Counted from the first letter of the stretch, positions 56,249 to 64,000 are shown. The stretch is 64,000 bases of DNA from Oscillospiraceae bacterium (GCA_036653715.1 JAVVTL010000002.1:65-64064), one strand, 5' to 3'. Numbers and translations are program-made. Notes: generated by a model not told the origin, from the sequence alone.

Positions 56249-57589
56249 GTGACAATTGTAGTCATAGGCGGCGATGCGGCAGGCATGAGCGCCGCAGCCA
56301 GAATAGTCAGAAAAGACAAGGGCAGCAAGGTTATCGTATTTGAAAAAACAAATATTGTCTCCTATGGTGCCTGCGGTCTGCCATATTATATCAGCGGCGT
56401 AAACGACGATATCGAGCTTGTCAAAATGCGCAGCCCGGAGGAATTCCGCAAGGACGGCGTGGACCTCAGAACCGGACACGAGGTCACGGGCATAGACGTC
56501 AAAAACAAATCCGTCACTGTACACAATTTAGCCGATGGTATTGTGTTTGAACAAAAATATGATAAACTGCTTATAGCGTCCGGAAGCCGCGCAATATTCC
56601 CGCCCGTTGAGGGGCGCGACCTCGAAAACGTGTTTGTCCTCAAAACAATCTCCGATGCGGAGGCCATTAAGGCCACCCTGCTTCGCGACGACATTCGCCG
56701 CGTTGCCGTCATCGGCGGCGGCTTCATAGGGCTTGAGGTGACGGAGTCCATAATCCGCAGGAAAAAGCAGGTGCTGCTTTTTGAGACGATGGAGCACGTC
56801 ATGACGGCATATGACGAGCCCTTCCAATTGGCTGCGGAAAAATGCCTGAGCGACAACGGCGCAGAGCTGCACATGAGCGAAACCGTCATAGAAATTACCG
56901 GCGAAAACGGGCTTGTCAACGGGATTGTCACCCCCAAGGGCAAGTACGGGGTTGACATGGTCATCTTTGCAATCGGCGTAAGACCGAATACGGACATAGT
57001 TCCCGACGACCTTTTCAAAAAGCTTCCCAACGGTGCCATAATCATCAACGACTCCATGGAAACAGGCGTCGAGGACGTGTATGCCGCCGGCGACTGCGCC
57101 ACTGTCTACAACAAAATCACTCAAAAGCAGGACTATATCGCACTTGGCTCCAACGCCAATAAGCAGGGCCGCCTTGTGGGCGACGCGCTTTTGGGACTTG
57201 AGGTGCATTTTGACAGAGCCATGGGTTCAAATATGCTGCGCGTTCTCGATATCGAGCTTGGCAAGACAGGCGTCTCCGAAAAAGAGGCAAAGGCGAACGG
57301 CATGAACTACGGCACCGCCATGGTCACGGCTCAGAGCCATTCTCCCTACTATACCGCCCCGCCTCCGAGCGACCTCACCGCCAAGATTGTCTATGATTTG
57401 GACAGCAAGGTGATTCTCGGCGCTCAGATAATGGGCGAGCGCGAGGCCGCCATGCGCATCAATATATTTGCCTGCGCCATCGACAGGCAGATGACCACAG
57501 AGGAGCTGGGAATGCTGGACCTCGCATATTCCCCGTCCCTGACCTTTGTTTGGGACATAGAACATATCGTTTCAAATGTTGTAAAGTGA
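56249..57589 (+). CDS. CoA-disulfide reductase / NADH oxidase-family flavoprotein (paralog 1)
   Basis: GGDAAGMSAA FAD site, single redox Cys in SYGACGLPYY (CoADR-type), a second dinucleotide fold VIGGGFIGLE, and GDCA. GTG 56249 lies 7 nt after GGGAGGAG. Confidence 0.8.
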   Translation: MTIVVIGGDAAGMSAAARIVRKDKGSKVIVFEKTNIVSYGACGLPYYISGVNDDIELVKMRSPEEFRKDGVDLRTGHEVTGIDVKNKSVTVHNLADGIVFEQKYDKLLIASGSRAIFPPVEGRDLENVFVLKTISDAEAIKATLLRDDIRRVAVIGGGFIGLEVTESIIRRKKQVLLFETMEHVMTAYDEPFQLAAEKCLSDNGAELHMSETVIEITGENGLVNGIVTPKGKYGVDMVIFAIGVRPNTDIVPDDLFKKLPNGAIIINDSMETGVEDVYAAGDCATVYNKITQKQDYIALGSNANKQGRLVGDALLGLEVHFDRAMGSNMLRVLDIELGKTGVSEKEAKANGMNYGTAMVTAQSHSPYYTAPPPSDLTAKIVYDLDSKVILGAQIMGEREAAMRINIFACAIDRQMTTEELGMLDLAYSPSLTFVWDIEHIVSNVVK

Positions 57590-57672
57590 GTTTTATTTTG
57601 GCGGCCGCCCTAAAATCTGCCGAGTTACACGGGGGTTCACGGCCGGCCGCCATATATAAAGGGGCATAGAAA

Positions 57673-58293
57673 ATGAACAAATCTCCCGAGCGGACAGACG
57701 CCACAAAAGAAGCCCTGCGTGCGGCATTTTGGAAGCTTTATACAATAAAGCCCATAAACCGCATAACAATAAAAGCAATCACGGATGCGGCGGGCTACAA
57801 CCGGGGGACCTTCTATCGCTATTACCTCGACGTATACGACATATTGGACGAAATAGAAACCGAAATTCTCTGTCAGTTCGACACCCGTTTTGCGCAAATC
57901 TCCGAGCAGGCGACGGCGATGGACATGCTCTCAATAATAAAACATACGCTGACGCCCTGCCAAATATACAATAGCTATCTCGCCGTGCTGTTAGGTGCAA
58001 ACGGAGACATGCGCTTTCAAACTCAATTAAAAGATAAGGCCAAGGCTCTTCTGAGCGAGCAGATAACAAAGCGCTACGGCAAGCTCGAGGGAGACGGGGA
58101 GTACTGCCTCGAATTTTGCGTTTCGGGTCTGCTCTCCTGCACACAGATGTGGTACGAGCGCGGACAGGACGTGGATATACACGATTATATCTCCACCATG
58201 TACCGAATCCTCGCCGAGCCTCTCGGTATCTTTTCGGATGACCTGAAATCCGACATGAGCGAGAAGCTTATGGAGCGACGATTAAAATTATAA
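57673..58293 (+). CDS. TetR/AcrR-family transcriptional regulator
   Basis: N-terminal HTH ITIKAITDAAGYNRGTFYRYY; 206 aa. Confidence 0.85.
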   Translation: MNKSPERTDATKEALRAAFWKLYTIKPINRITIKAITDAAGYNRGTFYRYYLDVYDILDEIETEILCQFDTRFAQISEQATAMDMLSIIKHTLTPCQIYNSYLAVLLGANGDMRFQTQLKDKAKALLSEQITKRYGKLEGDGEYCLEFCVSGLLSCTQMWYERGQDVDIHDYISTMYRILAEPLGIFSDDLKSDMSEKLMERRLKL

Positions 58294-58344
58294 AACACAA
58301 AACAGCCGTCCTATAGGGCGGCGGAGTAGCTGGGAGGCAACGAG

Positions 58345-60030
58345 ATGAAGGTAATCATAATCGGCGGAGTGGCAGGCGGCGCCTCAGCCGCGGCAAGGCT
58401 CAGACGTCTTGACGAGAAGGCAGAGATAATAATACTGGAGCGCAGCGGCTACGTTTCCTATGCAAACTGCGGTCTGCCGTATTATATCGGCGGAGTGATG
58501 ACCGATCGCGACGACCTGACGGTTCAGACGCCGGAGAGCCTGCACAGTCGCTTCGCCATTGACGTGCGCGTGGGCCAGGAGGCGCTCTCCATCGACAGAA
58601 GCGCAAAAACCGTCACCGTCAAAAGACTCTCCGACGACAGCGTCTACACCGAAAATTACGACAGGCTCGTCCTCGCCCCGGGGGCGAAGTCCGTTGTCCC
58701 GCCTCTGCCGGGAGCGGATGGCAAAAAGCTGTTTTCGCTCCGCACGGTCGAGGATACCATCAAAATCTACGACTATATCGAGCAGTGCCGCCCCGCCTCC
58801 GCCACCGTCATCGGCGGCGGCTTCATCGGCCTTGAGATGGCGGAAAACCTCAAGCACAAGGGGCTTGAGGTCACGGTTGTCCAGCGCTCAGGCCACGTCC
58901 TGCCGACGCTTGACGACAACATGGCGGAAATTCTGCATAAATATATGCGCAGGCAGGGCATCAAGCTGCGCCTGAACTCCGCCGTCGCGGGCTTTGAGGA
59001 AGCGGGAGAAAAGGCCATTACCCTGATAAAGGGCGCAGAGTCGGAAGCCTCCGATATGATTATACTCGCCGTCGGCGTCGCTCCCGAAAACAGCCTTGCC
59101 GCCGAGGCGGGGCTTGCCACGGGCATTAAGGGCGCCATCAAGACCGACGAGCATATGCAAACGGCGGACGAGAACATCTACGCCGTGGGCGACGCCGTGG
59201 AGGTCATAAACTTTGTGACGGGCGAGAAGGCCGTTATCTCCCTCGCGGGGCCGGCAAACAAGCAGGGCCGCATCGCCGCCGACAATATCTGCGGCATAAA
59301 AAGCTCCTACGGCGGCTCTCAAGGCTCCTCCATAATGAAAATGTTCGACATGACCGTCGCCTCGACAGGTCTGAGCTGCAAGCAGGCGGAGAGCGCCGGG
59401 ATTTCCTTCGACTACGTCGTTCTCAGCTCGGCGTCACACGCCACCTATTATCCCGGCTCCGAGAACATGACGGTCAAGGTCATCTTCCAAAAGGACACGG
59501 GGCGCATAATAGGCGCTCAGCTTATCGGCTTCGGCGGCGTGGATAAGCGCATAGACGTCCTCGCCACGGCGGTGCGCGCAAAAATGACCGCGCACGACCT
59601 GACGCAGCTTGACCTCGCCTACGCCCCGCCGTTTTCCTCCGCAAAGGACCCCGTGAACATGGCGGGCTACGCCATCGAAAACCTGCTCTCAGGCCGCGTC
59701 GCCCAAATACACTGGGAGGACGTGGCAAAGCTCCCCGACGACGCCCTGATACTTGACACAAGAACAGACGGGGAATACGCCAAAGGGCATCTTAAAACCG
59801 CCATGCACATCCCCGTGGATGATTTGCGTGACAGGCTGCCCGAGCTGCCGCGCGGCAGGACGCTGTATGTCTATTGCCAGAGCGGGCTTCGCAGCTACGT
59901 CGCCTGCCGAATCCTCTCTCAAAACGGCTTTGATTGCCTGAACGTCTCCGGCGGCTTCGGCTTCTGCCAATACGCCCTGCCCGGCGGCCTCTCAAGAGAG
60001 GGCACCGGCCCCTGCGGCATTTCAAAGTAA
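58345..60030 (+). CDS. CoA-disulfide reductase fused to a C-terminal rhodanese domain (CoA-persulfide / polysulfide reductase type)
   Basis: GGVAGGASAA, redox Cys in SYANCGLPYY, and VIGGGFIGLE. The C-terminal ~100 aa are rhodanese, with the active-site loop YCQSGLRS. Confidence 0.85.
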   Translation: MKVIIIGGVAGGASAAARLRRLDEKAEIIILERSGYVSYANCGLPYYIGGVMTDRDDLTVQTPESLHSRFAIDVRVGQEALSIDRSAKTVTVKRLSDDSVYTENYDRLVLAPGAKSVVPPLPGADGKKLFSLRTVEDTIKIYDYIEQCRPASATVIGGGFIGLEMAENLKHKGLEVTVVQRSGHVLPTLDDNMAEILHKYMRRQGIKLRLNSAVAGFEEAGEKAITLIKGAESEASDMIILAVGVAPENSLAAEAGLATGIKGAIKTDEHMQTADENIYAVGDAVEVINFVTGEKAVISLAGPANKQGRIAADNICGIKSSYGGSQGSSIMKMFDMTVASTGLSCKQAESAGISFDYVVLSSASHATYYPGSENMTVKVIFQKDTGRIIGAQLIGFGGVDKRIDVLATAVRAKMTAHDLTQLDLAYAPPFSSAKDPVNMAGYAIENLLSGRVAQIHWEDVAKLPDDALILDTRTDGEYAKGHLKTAMHIPVDDLRDRLPELPRGRTLYVYCQSGLRSYVACRILSQNGFDCLNVSGGFGFCQYALPGGLSREGTGPCGISK

Positions 60031-60043
60031 GCTATAGCGTATT

Positions 60044-60085
60044 AAAAAACAGGTATGCCGCATATCACGGCATACCTGTTTATCT
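60044..60085. terminator. bidirectional rho-independent terminator
   Basis: AAACAGGTATGCCG-CATATCA-CGGCATACCTGTTT with a flanking A-run and T-rich sequence. It sits between convergent genes. Confidence 0.7.
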
Positions 60086-60097
60086 TATGTGCGGCTG

Positions 60098-61498
60098 TTA
60101 TTTCAGCCTTGATTTATCCTTAAAATGGTCCTTTGATAGCTTGGCGACAACGCCGGTCAGGGCAAAGAGGGCGATGAAGTTCGGGATTGCCATGAGTCCG
60201 TTAAAGGTGTCGGCAAGGTCCCAAACGACGTCGAGCGAGGTGGTTGCGCCTATGACCACGACGACGATGAACACGAGCTGGTAGATTTTTGAGGCCGTAA
60301 TGCCGAAAAGATATTGCACGCAGCGGCTGCCGTAGAGCGACCAGCCGAGGATGGTGGAAAAGGCGAACAGCATCAGCGATATGGCAATAAAGAGCGCGGC
60401 GAGCTTCCCGCCGAAAACGGTGGCGAAGGCGCTTGTGATGAGCGCGGAGCCGGGCTTCACGCCAAATTCGATGGGAACGCCGCTGATGATGATGGTCATG
60501 GCGGTCAGAGTGCAGATGACGAGGGTGTCCATAAATACCTCAAAGATGCCGTAAAGGCCCTGGTCAACGGGGCTTTTCGTCTCTGCCGCGGCGTGGGCTA
60601 TGGCGGCGGAGCCGAGGCCTGCCTCGTTTGAGAAGGCGGAGCGGCGCAGACCCCAGACCACAGCCTGCTTCAGCGCTATGCCGGAGGCGGCACCGAGGAT
60701 GGCCTGCGGCGCAAAGGCGGCAATGAATATTTTGCGGAAGGCCTCGCCGATTCCGCCGAGGTGGGAGAAAATGACGATGAGCGTAAAAATAATGTAGAAC
60801 ACGCTCATAACGGGGACAAGCTTCTCTGCAACGGAGCCGATGCGCTTGATGCCGCCAAAGAGGACAAGCCCGACCAAAACCGCGAGTACCACGCCGACAA
60901 CGAGATTGACGGTCTTGAGGCTGCCGTCGGATATCGGCGCGAAGGCGTTTATCGCGCCCGCGATGGAGCCGGAGATGGAGTTTGCTTGGCTCATGTTGCC
61001 GATGCCGAAGGACGCGAGCGAGGCAAAGACGCAAAAGAGCACGGCGAGCCATTTCCACTTCGGGCCCATGCCGTTTTTGATGTAGTACATGGGGCCGCCG
61101 ACCCAGTCGCCCTTGGCGTCCCGCTCACGGTAGCGGATGGAGAGCGTGACCTCGGCGTATTTGATAATCATGCCGAGCAGGGCCGCCATCCAAAGCCAAA
61201 ACACCGCGCCGTAGCCGCCCATGGCAATCGCCTGACTTGTGCCGACGATGTTGCCTGTGCCGACAGTGGCGGCAAGCGCCGTCGTCACGGCCTGAAGCGG
61301 CGTCACCGCGCCGGCGCCGGCCTCCTGCTTCGTGAACATTTTGCCGACGGTATTTCGCATTGCGTAGCCGAAATGGCGAAATTGCAAAAAACCGCAGCGG
61401 ATGGTTATGTACAGTCCGCCTATGAACACGCAGGACAGCAGGATGTATACCCATGCCACCGTGTTCACCGTATTGTTGATGCTCATCAGGGTTTCCAT
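60098..61498 (-). CDS. alanine/glycine:cation symporter (AGCS family)
   Basis: GTGNIVGTSQAIAMGGYGAVFWLWMAALLGM and other AGCS blocks. ATG 61498 is preceded by GGGAGGAG. The 63-codon upstream extension in the track covers the riboswitch. Confidence 0.9.
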   Translation of the reverse strand: METLMSINNTVNTVAWVYILLSCVFIGGLYITIRCGFLQFRHFGYAMRNTVGKMFTKQEAGAGAVTPLQAVTTALAATVGTGNIVGTSQAIAMGGYGAVFWLWMAALLGMIIKYAEVTLSIRYRERDAKGDWVGGPMYYIKNGMGPKWKWLAVLFCVFASLASFGIGNMSQANSISGSIAGAINAFAPISDGSLKTVNLVVGVVLAVLVGLVLFGGIKRIGSVAEKLVPVMSVFYIIFTLIVIFSHLGGIGEAFRKIFIAAFAPQAILGAASGIALKQAVVWGLRRSAFSNEAGLGSAAIAHAAAETKSPVDQGLYGIFEVFMDTLVICTLTAMTIIISGVPIEFGVKPGSALITSAFATVFGGKLAALFIAISLMLFAFSTILGWSLYGSRCVQYLFGITASKIYQLVFIVVVVIGATTSLDVVWDLADTFNGLMAIPNFIALFALTGVVAKLSKDHFKDKSRLK

Positions 61499-61527
61499 TG
61501 AATCTCTCCTCCCAAGTATCCGCCGTG

Positions 61528-61715
61528 AGAAAAGGAGCCGCGCAAATGCGCAGCTCCCAAAAAATACAGCAATGCCATCCCCCCCCATAGGGGATGTGCC
61601 TTCTGTCCTTTTGCCTGAGAGATTGACGCATAGCGTTTTGCACCTTCGGCACCCACTCGAAGCGGGCTTCTCCAGAATGCCGTCCATTTACGGTCGCGCC
61701 CGGGCGCTCCTGCAA
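61528..61715 (-). ncRNA. glycine riboswitch (one clear aptamer) plus expression platform with terminator
   Basis: The - strand reads ..TTCTGGAGAAGCCCGCTTCGAGTGGGTGCCGAAGGTGCAAAACGCTATGCGTCAATCTCTCAGGCAAAAGGACAGAAGG.. It contains the conserved GGAGA, GCCGAAGG-GCAA and CTCAGGCAAAAGGAC blocks and P1 pairing TTCTG/CAGAA. It is followed by hairpins CATCCCC-TAT-GGGGGGGGATG and GGGAGCTGCGCA-TTT-GCGCGGCTCC-TTTT, and lies upstream of a glycine/alanine symporter. Confidence 0.72.
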
Positions 61716-61803
61716 ACTTCACGCGGCGATATTAAAATATAGTCACGATAATAGCGCAATATCTCCCGATTAGCAAGTGTTTTTTGTCGATACGCTTATT
61801 ATT

Positions 61804-62964
61804 TTAACTTTTGCGGCTGCCTCTGCGCCGAATGTGCTCTGTGCAGAGGAGCATACCGCCAAAGAGCGCGGCGCAATAAAGCGGCAGCAGGGAGACGGAG
61901 ACGCGCTGCGCCGCGAGGCCGAAAATCGGCGGCATGAGGGTGACGCCCATATATGCGCAGGACATCTGTGCGCCGGTCATGGCCTGCGAGCTTGCGGTGC
62001 CGAAAAGCTCGGGCGTGCGGTGCAGCATGGAGGGAAACACGGGCGCGCAGCCCAAGCCGATCAGAAGCAGCGCGGTCGGCGGGATATAAGCGGAGTCGGG
62101 GAGCACAAGCAGCGCAAGACCGAAAAAAATCACAAGCTCGCCGATGCGAATCAGCCGTGCGTCGGAGAATTTCCCGGCAAAAAAGCCGGTGACGAGACGT
62201 CCTGCGGTTATGCCGAAGTAATAGAGCGACATGCAGGTCGCGGCCTCGGCGGCGGAAAAGCCCCGCGCCCCTGTGAGGTAGCTTGCGCCCCAAAGCCCGA
62301 CGGCCTGCTCAAGCGCGCAATAGCAAAAGAAAGTGAGAAAGGCGGCACCTGCGCAGGGGAGAGCGGCCATTTGGCGAAAGCTCAGCACCAGTGGCTTTTC
62401 GGACGGGCCGTTCCCGCCCTCGCCGGACCTCCAGAGCCGAAGACTGAACAGCAGGACAAGCGTGAGCGCAAGCTGTATGCAGCCGATGCTGAGATAGCCG
62501 CCGCGCCAGCCTGCGGAGCGGGCAATCCAAAAGGACATAATCAGCGGCCCCGCCGTTGCGCCGACTCCCCAAAAGCAGTGGAGCCAGCTCATATGACGCG
62601 CCTCGTAGTTTGTCGCCACAAAATTATTCAGCGCGGCGTCCACGCTGCCGGCGCCGAGGCCGAGCGGCAATGCCAAGAGACAAAGCGCCCAAAAGCCGGG
62701 TGCCGCGGCATAGCCAATCAGCGCAAGCGCCGTCATGGCAACGGACACGAGTGTGACCCTCCCGACGCCGAAACGCGCTATGACACGCACGCTCACGGCG
62801 CTTGAAACCACAGTGCAGACGGAGACAACAAGGGAGAGCGCTCCCGCAAGTGACAGGGGCGCTCCGAGGTCGGGCTGCATCGCGGGCCAGGCGCTGCCGA
62901 GTATGGAGTCGGGCAGGCCGAGAGAGATGAAAGCCGCATATATGAGAACAAGCAGCAGAGTCAT
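61804..62964 (-). CDS. MFS transporter
   Basis: About 386 aa with a 12-TM-like profile. ATG 62964 overlaps the stop of the upstream Grx-like gene (ATGA). The track extension to 63066 is Arg-rich and out of context. Confidence 0.8.
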   Translation of the reverse strand: MTLLLVLIYAAFISLGLPDSILGSAWPAMQPDLGAPLSLAGALSLVVSVCTVVSSAVSVRVIARFGVGRVTLVSVAMTALALIGYAAAPGFWALCLLALPLGLGAGSVDAALNNFVATNYEARHMSWLHCFWGVGATAGPLIMSFWIARSAGWRGGYLSIGCIQLALTLVLLFSLRLWRSGEGGNGPSEKPLVLSFRQMAALPCAGAAFLTFFCYCALEQAVGLWGASYLTGARGFSAAEAATCMSLYYFGITAGRLVTGFFAGKFSDARLIRIGELVIFFGLALLVLPDSAYIPPTALLLIGLGCAPVFPSMLHRTPELFGTASSQAMTGAQMSCAYMGVTLMPPIFGLAAQRVSVSLLPLYCAALFGGMLLCTEHIRRRGSRKS

Positions 62965-63233
62965 TGACCCGAAGCCGCTCTGTCGAGCACGCGCTTCACG
63001 TCGGAAAGCTCGGCGTGACCCTCGTGGAGCTTTTCGTCGCCGAGATAGAAGCAGGGGACGTACCAATAATCGTAGCTGTAGGCGCGCTCGACCTCGGAGG
63101 ATTCGTCCACCTTTTCGATTTCTATGGCGGCATAGCGCGCATCGGAGGCGCGGAGCTCGTCAAGAAATTTGAACGCGAGCTTGCAGTGGGGGCAGGCGGG
63201 AAGATAGAAAAGTGTCAGCTTCAAATATTTCAC
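62961..63233 (-). CDS. glutaredoxin/NrdH-like thioredoxin-fold protein (CPHC)
   Basis: 90 aa with LFYLPACPHCKLAFKFL (CxxC) and a cis-Pro region YVPCFYLG. GTG start. Confidence 0.68.
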   Translation of the reverse strand: MKYLKLTLFYLPACPHCKLAFKFLDELRASDARYAAIEIEKVDESSEVERAYSYDYWYVPCFYLGDEKLHEGHAELSDVKRVLDRAASGQ

Positions 63234-63260
63234 TCTTTCGTATGTAATTTGTGCGTTTAC

Positions 63261-63289
63261 AATTTACCACGTCCGCGGCTCGGGCGCAA
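63261..63289 (-). promoter_or_regulatory. candidate sigma-A promoter of the Grx-like/MFS operon
   Basis: The - strand reads TTGCGC, a 17-nt spacer, then TAAATT preceded by TGG (extended -10). Confidence 0.4.
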
Positions 63290-63295
63290 GCGGGC

Positions 63296-63330
63296 AAAAA
63301 AATTACGCCCCAAAAATGGGGCGTAAAATC
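63296..63330 (-). terminator. rho-independent terminator of the zinc-ribbon gene
   Basis: The - strand reads TTACGCCCCA-TTTT-TGGGGCGTAA followed by TTTTTTT. Confidence 0.72.
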
Positions 63331-63339
63331 AGCTTCGAC

Positions 63340-63615
63340 TTATTTACGGAAGCAATCGCTGCAGTAGACGGGACGGTCGTTACGGGGCTGGAAAGGAACC
63401 TTGCAGGCCTTGCCGCACTCGCAGCAAACCGCGTCGAACATCTGCCTGTCACCGCTGCCGCCACGGGAAGAATTTCCCTTGCGAGCGTCGCGGCAAGCCT
63501 TGCAGCGCTGGGGCTCGTTGCTGAAGCCCTTCTCGGCGAAGAACTCCTGCTCTTGAACTGTGAAAGTGAATTGCTGACCGCAGTCCTTGCATACGATTGT
63601 TTTGTCTTGAAACAT
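63340..63615 (-). CDS. small zinc-ribbon protein with duplicated CxxC-x17-CxxC modules
   Basis: 91 aa: CKDCG-x17-CKAC and CCECG-x17-CSDC, with a Gly/Ser/Arg linker between them. It has a good RBS (AGAGG), its own terminator and a monocistronic layout. Confidence 0.7.
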   Translation of the reverse strand: MFQDKTIVCKDCGQQFTFTVQEQEFFAEKGFSNEPQRCKACRDARKGNSSRGGSGDRQMFDAVCCECGKACKVPFQPRNDRPVYCSDCFRK

Positions 63616-63873
63616 GGGATACCTCTTTTAAATTAGTTCGCCTATACGACGATTGTTTCATTGTAAGGCATAATTGTCAATTTGTCAACTAAAACTTAAA
63701 AATAAATATAAGTAGGCAAAGCGGGGGAGGGGCGCGGGCGGGATTTGGTAAAAAATACATTATTTCTTGACGATTTCGCCATAAAATTGCGTGTTTCGCC
63801 AAACGCTTGAAGTGCTGTAAATGTTTTGTTACCATGGCGTTACAGACTTTTAAACGCACTGGAGGATAACGAA

Positions 63874-64000
63874 ATGCAAAGAACAATATCAAAGGTTTTA
63901 TCGCTTATTTTGGCCTTAACGATGATTATCACCCTATTGCCAATCGGCGTACTCGCGACGGCGCCGCCGCCCGCGACAACCACGCCAACGCCGGTGGCAG
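63874..64000 (+). CDS. secreted protein, N-terminal fragment (continues beyond the window)
   Basis: GGAGG RBS, then MQRTISKVLSLILALTMIITLLPIGVLATA (signal peptide) followed by a Pro/Thr-rich linker. Confidence 0.5.
   Translation, partial: MQRTISKVLSLILALTMIITLLPIGVLATAPPPATTTPTPVA

Noticed and set aside
61680-61715. A possible second (tandem) glycine aptamer upstream of the clear one.
   Set aside because: Only a GGAGCG start and an ACCG...GGAC remnant are visible, and the conserved CTCAGGCAAAAGGAC-type block is missing. It is treated as at most a ghost aptamer, and a covariance model is needed to decide.
1-64000. Search for mobile elements, prophage genes, CRISPR arrays, restriction-modification, toxin-antitoxin or other defence-island signatures, and for tRNA/rRNA genes.
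   Set aside because: No integrase, transposase, recombinase, Cas, methyltransferase-endonuclease or small paired toxin-like ORFs were found, and no spaced direct-repeat arrays. Intergenic regions are short and explained by promoters, terminators, one riboswitch and the tmRNA.

Overview
This is a GC-rich, gene-dense window of mostly syntenic core chromosome from a spore-forming Firmicute. It looks like class Clostridia, with Oscillospiraceae/Ruminococcaceae-like gene order; the species cannot be determined from the sequence alone. Left to right:
- ssrA (partial), ppiB, smpB and nudF.
- A WalR/WalK-like two-component system with YycH/YycI-like genes, an embedded murA, then yycJ and rlmH.
- pgcA and a split chromate transporter.
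- Sporulation and housekeeping genes: ylbJ, yqfC-yqfD, then phoH-M32 carboxypeptidase-ybeY-era-yqzL-recO-mutS2.
- ptsH, then eamA-uvrC-rsmD-coaD.
- A dcw cluster: mraZ-rsmH-ftsL-PBP-murE-mraY-ftsW-murG-murA2-ftsQ-ftsZ.
- Two-subunit aconitase X, pepT, prfA, a TsaC-CoaE fusion, an M18 aminopeptidase, uppP and ftsK-mrnC-rqcH.
- A more accessory-looking right end (53-64 kb): an SLH surface protein; a thiolase/DUF35 + CoADR + TetR + CoADR-rhodanese cluster; an alanine/glycine symporter behind a glycine riboswitch; a glutaredoxin-like + MFS operon; a double-CxxC zinc-ribbon protein; and the start of a secreted protein.

I found no transposases, integrases, CRISPR arrays, tRNA/rRNA genes or recognisable defence or toxin systems. 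The long ORFs in the track that run antisense to these genes are GC-driven shadow ORFs. Many track ORFs also carry spurious N-terminal extensions, and I re-called those starts from RBS position and family N-termini.

The best candidate for something undescribed is the thiol/CoA-centred cluster at 54.4-60.0 kb, possibly extending to the Grx-like/MFS operon at 61.8-63.3 kb. It is a hypothesis, not a demonstrated system. The rest of the window is ordinary, with a few noteworthy architectures: the TsaC-CoaE fusion, murA inside the wal cluster, orphan AcnX, and MraZ operator repeats.
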